In this document: positions 7,133 to 16,706 of the stretch, piece after piece
How the letters are laid out: the number at the start of each line of letters is the position of its first letter
Position numbering within the stretch: the first letter of the stretch is position 1
From: Escherichia phage MX01
DNA length: 64,000 nucleotides
Sequence record: NC_031934.1
Strand: one strand, 5' to 3'
Position numbers and translations under genes: made by a program
Notes under the pieces: generated by a model
Told to the model about the DNA's origin: nothing
Database searches by the model: none
Seen by the model: the letters and a program-made list of their open reading frames with translations, nothing else

Positions 7133-7318
7133 TTACTCACCTTTTGCAATTTTATCCATAACGATAGCGATTAAACCGATTAGAAATGCTACTACCAATG
7201 AGATAGAATTTTCTGTTGTTGTCAGTAGTCCACAAATGAATCCTACAAACATCGAAAAACTAAAAGCCATTGAAGCAATTACTACAGCAACATTACGAAT
7301 CAGTTCAGCGCGTTTCAT
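7133..7318 (-). CDS. small membrane protein
   Basis: 61 aa, two hydrophobic helices; RBS GAGGAGAAT. Confidence 0.5.
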   Translation of the reverse strand: MKRAELIRNVAVVIASMAFSFSMFVGFICGLLTTTENSISLVVAFLIGLIAIVMDKIAKGE

Positions 7319-7346
7319 TTTATTCTCCTCAGTAGTTGATAGGGTA

Positions 7347-7376
7347 ATAGTATCACTACCCTATCTAAAAGTAAAC
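7347..7376 (-). promoter_or_regulatory. early-type promoter GTTTAC-N18-TGaTACTAT
   Basis: Minus-strand reading GTTTACTTTTAGATAGGGTAGTGATACTAT; -10 sits in the loop of a 6-bp stem AGGGTA/TACCCT. Confidence 0.45.
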
Positions 7377-7387
7377 GGTTTTATAAA

Positions 7388-7696
7388 CTATTTTATTCCG
7401 CGTGATGCAATCGTATTCTGCCGTTTAACGCCAGTTTGTTTAAAGTTATGATTGTCGAGTTGATCGGTACGAGCAACTCCGAATGATGATTTAATCTTAG
7501 CTTTAGATCCTTTAGTTATAGAAATATACATCTCGGGAGCCCCTTTCTTAAAGTCCGAAGCAATTACTTCAACACCGTTCTTAGCAAGTGACTTCAGAAT
7601 TGCTTCCGCATACTCATCATCAAGACCCGCTTGAGTATGAATAATGAATGTCTTTGGTGCAGCCGCTTCATTGATAAATTCTTGATATGTTTTCAT
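7388..7696 (-). CDS. internal protein (ip) with capsid-targeting N-terminus MKTYQEFINEA
   Basis: Begins MKTYQEFI, the conserved leader of T4 internal proteins IPI/IPII/IPIII (from memory); ATG 7694-7696 preferred over the track start. Confidence 0.65.
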   Translation of the reverse strand: MKTYQEFINEAAAPKTFIIHTQAGLDDEYAEAILKSLAKNGVEVIASDFKKGAPEMYISITKGSKAKIKSSFGVARTDQLDNHNFKQTGVKRQNTIASRGIK

Positions 7697-7730
7697 TTTG
7701 ATTTCCATTTAGTTTTGTTTTGATAGGGCT

Positions 7731-7760
7731 ATAGTATCACCACTAAAGCCCGTTGTAAAC
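7731..7760 (-). promoter_or_regulatory. early-type promoter GTTTACA-N17-TGaTACTAT
   Basis: Minus-strand reading GTTTACAACGGGCTTTAGTGGTGATACTAT. Confidence 0.45.
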
Positions 7761-7762
7761 AA

Positions 7763-8035
7763 TTATTTTAAATAAATTGCATACTTTTTATAACCAGCTG
7801 TTTCGTGACGTAGCCCTTTTTCATTAGCAAAACGTTCAATATTGTTAATTTGATTCTGGTCAAGTTCTGAAGTATCAAATACAAAAAAGTTTCGCTTATT
7901 GCCTAAAGTTACGTGATTAGTCAAATCGATGTTATAGAGATGATTTATATCATCAATCATAGTCTTAACAGATTTGTTAATTTTTACTTCCTCATTAAGA
8001 ATAGATTCAGCGATAAATTCTTGATAAGTTTTCAT
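7763..8035 (-). CDS. internal protein, ipI-position homolog, with capsid-targeting N-terminus MKTYQEFIAES
   Basis: Same MKTYQEFI leader; sits immediately after 57B as ipI does in T4; about 35 bp of 5' coding sequence plus leader near-identical to the 7388-7696 gene. Confidence 0.65.
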   Translation of the reverse strand: MKTYQEFIAESILNEEVKINKSVKTMIDDINHLYNIDLTNHVTLGNKRNFFVFDTSELDQNQINNIERFANEKGLRHETAGYKKYAIYLK

Positions 8036-8058
8036 TTTGATTTCCGTGCGGTTAGTTT

Positions 8059-8100
8059 GTTTACAAGGTCTATAGTATCATGCCTATAGACCTTGTAAAC
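8059..8100 (-). promoter_or_regulatory. early promoter inside a perfect 17-bp inverted repeat (promoter/stem-loop cassette)
   Basis: GTTTACAAGGTCTATAG-tatcatgc-CTATAGACCTTGTAAAC; the minus strand carries GTTTAC-N17-TGaTACTAT. Confidence 0.5.
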
Positions 8101-8111
8101 ACCTTTTTAAA

Positions 8112-8789
<678 letters not shown>

Positions 8790-8797
<8 letters not shown>

Positions 8798-9551
8798 TTT
8801 TATTTCCTAATAATTTATCAATAGTGGTGTATAGTTCAGAAAGAGTGCCGTTATTTTCAACAACAACGTCACCAGGTAAAATTGGTAGACCCGCTTCAGT
8901 GATGTGCGAGTCTTGTACTTGACCGGTTTCAGCGCGAACTACATGAATAATCGTAGCACCCATCGCTCTGAGCGAATCAATTTCGTGTGTTTGACGAACA
9001 TCAGGTACGACATAGTATTTCGCATCAGAGTATATTTTATCAAAATAGTCTAAAGCGAACAACTTAACCCAATACATCTTATCAAATTGGTTAACAATAA
9101 TATCAGTCCCAAGGGTCTGCATGAGACGACGTACTGACCAATTGTTATTTTTATTTATTACTTCAAACAGTTGGTCTTTTGTTTCTTCAGACAGATACTG
9201 GACTGGGGTAAGACCATAATGATATGCGGTACGAACGTCCATTCCTGGAATAGGAAGGATATTATTCAGTTTGACAATAGCATTTTCAAAGATATCAATC
9301 ACATCATATGGTTTTAAAGGAAGGATTTCTTCACGGTCGTAACCGATACCTTCAAAACAGTTGAAATCCAGTTTAGGCATATAACTACGGTCGAATACAG
9401 GGTCATCAGAGATGTATTCATAGGCTTCAGCCAGATACTTTTTAATAGGACCTGCGAGCTGAAATTTTACCGAATCCATATTTTCGATTACATAGTTAGC
9501 AACGGTATCCTTACCGCTACGTTTGATTCCTACAATTGATATTAGTTTCAT
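8790..9551 (-). CDS. 1: dNMP kinase
   Basis: MKLISIVGIKRSGKDT P-loop start and C-terminal ...ARAMGATIIHVVR...THITEAGLPI closely match recalled T4 gp1. Confidence 0.9.
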
Positions 9552-10141
9552 TATTTTCTCATAGATGGATGCATAGACATACGAGCCACACGTTGTTCGG
9601 CATACGAATCAATTTGTGGACGACCTGTAACTATTGTACCATCTATTTCTACAGCAAACGATTTGAAGTTGAATGTTGCTGTGGCGATTATCGCTGGGTC
9701 AGAATCCTCTTTATAAGAGTACTGGATTTCCGAGAGGTCGGATGGCCAACCACCGTAGTAATGAATGCTCATTACGATTTTCTGTTTGTTGTTATCAAGG
9801 ATGTGGAGGGTGATAGCTTCAGGTTGACCTTTAGGATGCCAGGCTTCTGAATCATGTGTTACATAGTTGTTTAATGACAACATCCACTTATAAACATCAA
9901 GCCATGATTTCAATTCACGGTCCACAAGAAAGTTCACGATCAGTGGGTCGAATTCTACAGTAGAACCTGGCAGCTTAGCACGATGTATGCCCTGGGTCGA
10001 TCCTGGGACGTCTGAGACCGGAATATGGATACCTGGTAGTGTTACATCTTGTACGTTCAATTTGAATGCCTGCGTCATTCCTGCGTCACTAACCTCTAAG
10101 ATAAAGTTAGTAGTGTTAGTTTGGTTAAATAAGCCGTTCAT
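9551..10141 (-). CDS. 3: tail completion / sheath stabilizer protein gp3 (by position)
   Basis: 196 aa, between genes 1 and 2 as in T4; AGGAA RBS. Confidence 0.6.
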   Translation of the reverse strand: MNGLFNQTNTTNFILEVSDAGMTQAFKLNVQDVTLPGIHIPVSDVPGSTQGIHRAKLPGSTVEFDPLIVNFLVDRELKSWLDVYKWMLSLNNYVTHDSEAWHPKGQPEAITLHILDNNKQKIVMSIHYYGGWPSDLSEIQYSYKEDSDPAIIATATFNFKSFAVEIDGTIVTGRPQIDSYAEQRVARMSMHPSMRK

Positions 10142-10152
10142 AGGGTTCCTAT

Positions 10153-10180
10153 ATTGCTTAAGTCCCAGACAGTGTATAAT
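10153..10180 (+). promoter_or_regulatory. MotA-type middle promoter candidate, antisense to genes 2 and 4
   Basis: ATTGCTTAAG-N-AGTGTATAATGGTCCTA; the 17-nt AGTGTATAATGGTCCTA is identical to the uvsY promoter -10 region, with the same ATTGCT-N16-TATAAT spacing. Confidence 0.35.
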
Positions 10181-10223
10181 GGTCCTAGGTCTGTTCCATT
10201 CAATAACTGGCTGGGATAATAGA

Positions 10224-11060
10224 TTATGAATTCTTCCATACTTTCTGAGCTGAATAACGCTTGCCTTTAGACATGAACTGTTGGAGCGGCATCATTACGA
10301 CATTAGCCCAATCAGACGGTTTTATCTCTACTAAAGGTCCCTTAATATTTCCAGGGATATAAGCCTTAATCATCACGTCGGCGCCAGCGAATCCTTTTAC
10401 CTTACTCCAATCGATTTTTAATTTAGTCGAGTTCGTAATGGTAGGCGTACTCGCGTATTGCTTCAGCAATTCTTCCAGAAATTGCTGACGTGCTTTAGGT
10501 GGAATATAGTGTAAGTTCAGTCCGTACATTAAATTATGCTTACCTAACCCAAGATAAATTATTAAAGGATATTTGTCCCAGTATGGTAGGGTATCCTTAT
10601 GTTTAGCATCATAGATATAAGCATAAAGCTTACCAGGAGACGGTTTAGATACCTGGTGTCCACGAATTCCTTTCTTTAATGTTTCTGTAAACCATTTAGC
10701 TGATTTATTGTTTACGGCAGCGCCTTCGTTAGCAATCTTATCGCGAATACTCTTTCTAAAACTATTCACCAAAATTAATTGACGTTCGGCTTTGGTTAAT
10801 TTATTGCCAGGTTTCTTCTGAAGTTTTTCAACCTGTACAGCAGTTTTAATTCGACTCGAGTATCGAGACATCGCAGATGTAAAGCTAGAATACTTGATGC
10901 CTTTATCTTCAGCGAATTTCTTAGCCGAGACACCTTTAGCCTTGGCATTGGCATATTCAACGCCTAAAGCTATCCATTGTTGTTCTGAACGAGTAGGCTT
11001 AGAACCTTTTGTAGTTTCAGTAGCCTCGTTTATGTAAGAAAATATACTCATCCTTTCCAT
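10224..11060 (-). CDS. 2: gp2 DNA end protector protein
   Basis: 278 aa; position between 4 and 3; overlaps gene 4 by 13 nt. Confidence 0.75.
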   Translation of the reverse strand: MERMSIFSYINEATETTKGSKPTRSEQQWIALGVEYANAKAKGVSAKKFAEDKGIKYSSFTSAMSRYSSRIKTAVQVEKLQKKPGNKLTKAERQLILVNSFRKSIRDKIANEGAAVNNKSAKWFTETLKKGIRGHQVSKPSPGKLYAYIYDAKHKDTLPYWDKYPLIIYLGLGKHNLMYGLNLHYIPPKARQQFLEELLKQYASTPTITNSTKLKIDWSKVKGFAGADVMIKAYIPGNIKGPLVEIKPSDWANVVMMPLQQFMSKGKRYSAQKVWKNS

Positions 11061-11497
11061 CCTAATTTTTTCAGTGAGTTTTCGGTAATCAATCTGAAAT
11101 TAATTCCCATTTTATCTGCTGTAGCTTTAGCAGCTTTCCATTTATCTTTATTTACACTCCATGTATAATGTTCGTTGATATATCTCTTTTTAGCAGCTGT
11201 AGTCATTTTAGCAGGTGCCGCTGGAGGATGTGTTTCTTTAAAAGGTTTGACTTCGAAAAAGAATTGTTGTCCATTATCGAACTTCACCCAGAAGTCCATA
11301 AAATACCGACGTTTCTTTCCATCAGCGTTACTAAAATATGGAATCACCACCTCTTCCGAGTTCCACTGGACAACATTAGGATGGTTATCAAGCCAACGCA
11401 TAAGCCATGCTTCCCAAGAGGAACGATATTGGATTTTCTTCCAATCACCTTTATATTTTTGTAAGTTTGTAGGTTTAAATTTCCCTGAGTAGGCCAT
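11048..11497 (-). CDS. 4: gp4 head completion protein
   Basis: MAYSGKF...YRSSWE...[22 protein letters not shown]...FFFEVKP matches recalled T4 gp4. Confidence 0.9.
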   Translation of the reverse strand: MAYSGKFKPTNLQKYKGDWKKIQYRSSWEAWLMRWLDNHPNVVQWNSEEVVIPYFSNADGKKRRYFMDFWVKFDNGQQFFFEVKPFKETHPPAAPAKMTTAAKKRYINEHYTWSVNKDKWKAAKATADKMGINFRLITENSLKKLGWKG

Positions 11498-11507
11498 AGT
11501 GCCTCCT

Positions 11508-11515
11508 TATAAATA
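11508..11515 (+). promoter_or_regulatory. late promoter TATAAATA for gene 53
   Basis: Exact TATAAATA 28 nt upstream of ATG 11543; GGAGG RBS. Confidence 0.6.
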
Positions 11516-11522
11516 TTAATAT

Positions 11523-11530
11523 TATTTATA
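11523..11530 (-). promoter_or_regulatory. late promoter TATAAATA for gene 4 (divergent partner)
   Basis: Plus-strand tatttata; the two late promoters sit back-to-back between GGAGGCAC RBS regions. Confidence 0.6.
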
Positions 11531-11542
11531 CTCGGAGGCACT

Positions 11543-12145
11543 ATGCTCTTCTCATTTTTCGACCCTATCAATTATGAATCAAAAACAGTCAAGCCGGATT
11601 CAGGCTCATTAACCAACGCCGATGTACTGAGCGTGCCGATGACTGATATATTTAGAAATTATAAAGAATATTTTGATAAAGTGGCTAAAAATTATACACT
11701 AAAGACTTATTATATCAATGGGGCCCCTCGTCCAGAAGAATTGGCTAATCAACTTTATGGCAACGTCCAATTATATTGGGTTTTATTGATGTGTAATAAT
11801 GTATACGACCCTTATTACGACTGGATTACAGGTCAAGAAGTTGCATATCAAGCTGCAATCCAAAGATATTCTACTGCAGGCGGTAATCAAGTTCTTTATC
11901 ATGTTAATGAAAAGGGTGAGAAATTCTGGAATCTTGTTAATACTCCAGAAAACCCATATACTTGGTATGATAAAGGCGATACCGAAAAACGTTATCCTCA
12001 ATATGAAGGCCCTTTGGCTGCGGTGGATATTTACGAGGATGCCATTCGTAAAAATGAATATAAGCGTGAAATAAAGATTATAGACCCTAATGACATAGAG
12101 TCCTTTGTTTCTGCCCTTATTCGCGAAATGGAGAAAGCCCTCTAA
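11543..12145 (+). CDS. 53: gp53 baseplate wedge subunit
   Basis: 200 aa, immediately upstream of gene 5 as in T4. Confidence 0.8.
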   Translation: MLFSFFDPINYESKTVKPDSGSLTNADVLSVPMTDIFRNYKEYFDKVAKNYTLKTYYINGAPRPEELANQLYGNVQLYWVLLMCNNVYDPYYDWITGQEVAYQAAIQRYSTAGGNQVLYHVNEKGEKFWNLVNTPENPYTWYDKGDTEKRYPQYEGPLAAVDIYEDAIRKNEYKREIKIIDPNDIESFVSALIREMEKAL

Positions 12146-13887
12146 TGATTAACATGTCTGATAATGTAAGTTGGTTCGTCGGTGTAGTTGAAGACCGAAT
12201 GGACCCACTCCAACAAGGCCGAGTACGCGTGCGCGTATGGGGTATGCACCCCTATGAAAAGGTGCAAGGTCCTGTAAAAGGCCTTCGTACAGAAGATTTA
12301 CCATGGATGTCGGTATTAATGCCTACATCTTCAGCCTCCGTTTCTGGTATCCAAACAGCCATGACTGGTATGGTTCCAGGTACACAGGTTTACGGGCACT
12401 TTCTTGATAAGTGGAAATTAAACGGACTTGTTCTTGGTACATACGGTTCCGCTTCAAGACAGAAGGCTAATCCTAATGAAGGTTTTAGCGACCCGACAGG
12501 TCAATATCCGCTTTATTTAGGTAATGATGCTGCAGCACTAAACCGAGGTGGTGAAGTTGGATATGATGCCACTTCTAACGTAATACAAGATGCAAACACT
12601 GATGTAGGTATTAATCCTGACGGTTTAGATTTAAGTCAAGTCAAACCAGACGATAATCCTAATTTCACAATAGAAAACATGCTTCATCGTGATGAAGGGC
12701 TTCGACTGAAGGTATATTGGGACACCGAAGGTTATCCTACTATAGGTATAGGCCACCTTATTACACCACAACCTATTAGAGATATGAATCGAATAAACAA
12801 AATATTATCTAATCAGGTAGGACGAGAAGTTAAAGGTAACCCTGGTACAATATCAATGGACGAGGTTTCTAAATTATTCCAAGACGACCTTAAAAAAGTC
12901 CAAAATGATATAGGCCGGCATAGTGTTGTAGGTCCTGTTTATAATAAAGAAAACCGTTCGAGACAAATGGCTCTTGAAAACATGGCTTTCCAAATGGGAT
13001 TGGGCGGTTTGGCTAAATTCCGTGGAATGCTTAGTGCAATGTTAATAGGTGATTATAAGAAAGCATTTGAGGAAGCTCGTAATTCAGTATGGTTTAACCA
13101 AACTAAAGGCCGTGCATCAAGGGTATCAATGATTATCCTCACAGGTAACATGGAATCATATGGTATTATGGCCCCTAAAGAAAGAGAATTTAAAGGGCGT
13201 TCGTATAGAATGATTCAAACCTTTGCGGCCCCTACAAATTCAGACCCGGCCGATCCGTGGACTCCAGAAGACACAAGGATTCTTTTTAAAGAACCCGATT
13301 CTAGTTATAAAGGCGAATACCCATATGTCCAGACCATGCAAACTGAAGGTGGACACGTCCAAGAATTTGATAACACCCCAGGGCAAGAGCGTTATCGATT
13401 AATCCATCCTACCGGTAGTTATGAAGAAGTTGCTCCTGATGGTCGCAAAACTTCTAAAACAGTAGCCGATGGGTATTATATGACCCAAGGCGATTCTAAT
13501 ACTTATGTTGGTGGTAATAATAAAGTCAACATAGGCGGTGATGAAACATATTATAATATGGCAAACGTGCGCCGTCAAACTGACGGGTCTGAAAGCATCC
13601 ATATTCGTGGTAATGAAACCAAAACAGTAGAAGGTGATGGAACCCTTATTGTTAAAGGAAATGTCACAGTTCTTGTTGAGGGTAATGCTGATATAACTGT
13701 TAAAGGCGATGCCAAAACCTTAGTTGAAGGCAATCATGACTATACAGTAAATGGAAACGTTAAATGGTCTGTAAATGGAAACGTTGATATGACTGTTGCA
13801 GGTAATTGGTCCGAAACTATGTCGACCATGAGTTCAATTGCATCTGGTCAATATACTATTGATGGTTCGAGGATTGACATTGGCTAA
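12145..13887 (+). CDS. 5: gp5 baseplate hub subunit / tail lysozyme
   Basis: N-terminus ...NWFVGVVEDRMDPLQQGRVRVRVWG and T4-lysozyme-like domain EGLRLKVYWDTEGYPTIGIGHLI. Confidence 0.95.
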   Translation: MINMSDNVSWFVGVVEDRMDPLQQGRVRVRVWGMHPYEKVQGPVKGLRTEDLPWMSVLMPTSSASVSGIQTAMTGMVPGTQVYGHFLDKWKLNGLVLGTYGSASRQKANPNEGFSDPTGQYPLYLGNDAAALNRGGEVGYDATSNVIQDANTDVGINPDGLDLSQVKPDDNPNFTIENMLHRDEGLRLKVYWDTEGYPTIGIGHLITPQPIRDMNRINKILSNQVGREVKGNPGTISMDEVSKLFQDDLKKVQNDIGRHSVVGPVYNKENRSRQMALENMAFQMGLGGLAKFRGMLSAMLIGDYKKAFEEARNSVWFNQTKGRASRVSMIILTGNMESYGIMAPKEREFKGRSYRMIQTFAAPTNSDPADPWTPEDTRILFKEPDSSYKGEYPYVQTMQTEGGHVQEFDNTPGQERYRLIHPTGSYEEVAPDGRKTSKTVADGYYMTQGDSNTYVGGNNKVNIGGDETYYNMANVRRQTDGSESIHIRGNETKTVEGDGTLIVKGNVTVLVEGNADITVKGDAKTLVEGNHDYTVNGNVKWSVNGNVDMTVAGNWSETMSTMSSIASGQYTIDGSRIDIG

Positions 13888-13921
13888 TATCCTACCTATG
13901 AGCACAGATTTAGGAGACTCC

Positions 13922-14419
13922 ATGGAAGGAGCCTCAATCGATGTTACGTTTACCGCTCAATTAGAAACAAACGAAACATTAGTTGAAATAAATATAACAG
14001 AATATGAGCCTACAGAAGGCATTATTGTTGATGGAGCTCATTTATATGGAACCTACGAATCTGTATTTGGATTCTCTGAAGATGCCTTGAAATATCGATT
14101 AAACGATGAATTCGAAACTGCAGGTTCATGGAAAGACCTACCGGCCGACAGTAACACTCAATTATACCTCTGGAAAGCCCCTAGTAATCTCCAGAAGACG
14201 TTTTCTTACACAGTCACATTAACCTATGACTTTAAAGAAGAGTCATCAGGAGGTGATACAGGGAACTCAGGCGGTAGTAACTCTAGAGCTGGCGCAGAAA
14301 CCGATCCGCCTCCGGCTCCTGTAAGAAAAACTCTTACTAAGGTTTATACCAAGGTTATAGTGGGTAATTGGAGTCGCTGGGGAGACCAATTAAGAGAATA
14401 TGTATACGCGAGGTCATAA
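13922..14419 (+). CDS. 5.1: gp5.1-like protein
   Basis: Track ORF 13838-14419 overlaps gene 5; in-frame ATG 13922 has an AGGAGA RBS (ATG 13898 is an alternative). Confidence 0.5.
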   Translation: MEGASIDVTFTAQLETNETLVEINITEYEPTEGIIVDGAHLYGTYESVFGFSEDALKYRLNDEFETAGSWKDLPADSNTQLYLWKAPSNLQKTFSYTVTLTYDFKEESSGGDTGNSGGSNSRAGAETDPPPAPVRKTLTKVYTKVIVGNWSRWGDQLREYVYARS

Positions 14420-14712
14420 TGTCGGGCTTAAGTTATAACCAATGTGTAACGGCAGGTCATGAAGCATGGCCTCCTACAGTAATAAATGCCACCCAAGGTA
14501 AAGTATTTACAGGTGGCATTCCTGTATTAGTAGATGGCGACCCTATTACAGAGCACACAGAAATTAAAAAACCATATGAAACCCACGGTGGGGTAACCCA
14601 ACCTAGAACATCAAAGGTATATGTTACAGGCAAAAAGGCCGTCCAGATGGCGGACCCTATTTCGTGCGGAGATACAGTCGCACAAGCCTCATCTAAAGTA
14701 TTCATAAAATAG
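14419..14712 (+). CDS. 5.4: gp5.4 PAAR-repeat spike tip protein
   Basis: 97 aa from ATG 14419 (TAATG overlap); matches T4 gp5.4 length. Confidence 0.8.
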   Translation: MSGLSYNQCVTAGHEAWPPTVINATQGKVFTGGIPVLVDGDPITEHTEIKKPYETHGGVTQPRTSKVYVTGKKAVQMADPISCGDTVAQASSKVFIK

Positions 14713-14720
14713 GAATTAAA

Positions 14721-16679
14721 ATGGCTACTCCTACGAATTACCAATTAACAAGAACCGTTAACGCTATCCCAAAAGTATTTGTGGGAGCTACGTTTGAAGA
14801 GATTAAAAAGAATATTATCGATTGGCTTTCTAGCCAGGATGAATTTAAGGATTATGATTTCGTAGGTTCGCGAATGAATATCCTGATTGACATGTTAGCT
14901 TACAATACCCTTTATATTCAACAGTTCGCTAACACAGCAGTATATGAATCTTTTATCGGTACTGCTAACTTGCGTTCCTCCGTCGTCCAGGCTGCACAGG
15001 ATAACGGTTATTTGCCAAGTTCTAAATCAGCAGCAAAAACGAGTATTATGTTGACTTGTACTCAGGCCCTGAATGAAAAGAATATTCGTATCCCACGTGG
15101 TACTAAATTCTTGGCCTATGCCCGTGATACTTCAGCAGACCCGTATGCTTTTGTTACTACGGAAAACGTTATTGCCGTACGTGATGTCAATAACCAATAT
15201 CTTCCTATTGTATCTTTAGCACAAGGCCGTATTATTCGTACCGAACTTAAGTATGATCCTAAAACCCCTATTCTTATTCGTGACCCGGATATCGATAGAC
15301 AAGAAGTTAAACTTTATGTCGATGGCGCAGAATGGACTAACTGGACTAATAAATCCATGGTTCATGCTGGTAGTACATCAACAATTTACTATATGCGTGA
15401 AACCGTAGATGGTAATACTGAATTCTTCTTTGGTGAAGGTGTTGCTGAAAAATCAGTTGCAGGTGGGGTATTAGAAGCTAATTATATTGGTGGTTTAAAA
15501 CCTGTTAAAGATGCCACCATTGTTATAGAATACCTTCGTACAGACGGTGAAGTTGCTAACGGGGCGGTGGACTTTAGTTATGCGGATTCTTTGGCGTATA
15601 TTACAGTTGAAAAAATTACAGAAAACTATGATGAAAACCCGGATTATGTAGGTGCTGATGGTGGTGGTGACCCTGAAGATATTGAACGTATTCGTGAACT
15701 TGCCGTAGTTAAACGTGAAGCTCAGATGCGTGCTGTAACTGGTACAGATTATGATACATTCGTTTCAGAGCGATTTGGTTCTATTGTACAAGCAGTACAA
15801 ACCTTTACAGACCCAAATAAACCAGGTTACGCCTTTGTTACCATTAAACCTAAATCAGGATTGTATTTGACTGCGGTTCAACGCGAAGATATCCAAAATT
15901 ATCTTTCAGAATTTAACTTGGCACCTATTACCCCTTCGGTTATTTCTCCTGACTACTTGTTCTTGAAGCATAAAATTAAGGTTTCATATGCACTGAACAA
16001 ATTACAGGAATCCGAACAATGGTTAACGGCTCAAATCCTTTCCCAAATAGACCGTTATTATATTAACGAAGTTGAAATATTCAACCACGGATTTGCCAAG
16101 TCTAAAATGCTGACTTATATTGATAATGCAGACCACAGTATCCTTGGCTCTTCGGCTACGGTAACAATGGTTCGCGAGGTATTAAACTTCTTCAAAACAC
16201 CTGAAGCAGGTATTAAATACTATAATCAATACACCAACCGTTCTGTAACTTCTAGTGAATTTGAGTTCGTCCCAACAAACGTATCTGATGTTGTTAAATC
16301 TTACAACGTACGTATTGTTGCCACAGATAAAGACGAACGAGGCGATGGTAAAATGGTTATAGGTCCTTTCCGACCTGGCGATGTAATTGAAAACCAATAC
16401 ATCCAACCTTACACCGGAGATGACTTCGATAAAATGGCAGCGCCTGCAGACCAATCGGTCTACTATGTTATTGGCGAAATTGATTATTACTCGGACTTTA
16501 TTTTCTGGGATATCGCCGCAATAGGCCTTACTTCCGACCGTTTTGAAGTCCAGTCTATTGAACTTTATGCAGGGCCAGACCAAGACAACATCTTTACCAA
16601 AGACGGTTCTTTAATCGTATTTGAAGATGACCTTCGTCCTCAGTACACAACTATAGAGTTGGAACCAATTACAATATAA
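14721..16679 (+). CDS. 6: gp6 baseplate wedge subunit
   Basis: 652 aa; position and size as T4 gp6. Confidence 0.9.
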   Translation: MATPTNYQLTRTVNAIPKVFVGATFEEIKKNIIDWLSSQDEFKDYDFVGSRMNILIDMLAYNTLYIQQFANTAVYESFIGTANLRSSVVQAAQDNGYLPSSKSAAKTSIMLTCTQALNEKNIRIPRGTKFLAYARDTSADPYAFVTTENVIAVRDVNNQYLPIVSLAQGRIIRTELKYDPKTPILIRDPDIDRQEVKLYVDGAEWTNWTNKSMVHAGSTSTIYYMRETVDGNTEFFFGEGVAEKSVAGGVLEANYIGGLKPVKDATIVIEYLRTDGEVANGAVDFSYADSLAYITVEKITENYDENPDYVGADGGGDPEDIERIRELAVVKREAQMRAVTGTDYDTFVSERFGSIVQAVQTFTDPNKPGYAFVTIKPKSGLYLTAVQREDIQNYLSEFNLAPITPSVISPDYLFLKHKIKVSYALNKLQESEQWLTAQILSQIDRYYINEVEIFNHGFAKSKMLTYIDNADHSILGSSATVTMVREVLNFFKTPEAGIKYYNQYTNRSVTSSEFEFVPTNVSDVVKSYNVRIVATDKDERGDGKMVIGPFRPGDVIENQYIQPYTGDDFDKMAAPADQSVYYVIGEIDYYSDFIFWDIAAIGLTSDRFEVQSIELYAGPDQDNIFTKDGSLIVFEDDLRPQYTTIELEPITI

Positions 16680-16694
16680 ACCTCTTCGGAGGTT
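16679..16694 (+). promoter_or_regulatory. UUCG-tetraloop hairpin at the gene 6/7 junction
   Basis: AACCTC-TTCG-GAGGTT overlapping the gene 6 stop, followed by TAAGGAGATTTAATG. Confidence 0.3.
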
Positions 16695-16706
16695 TAAGGA
16701 GATTTA

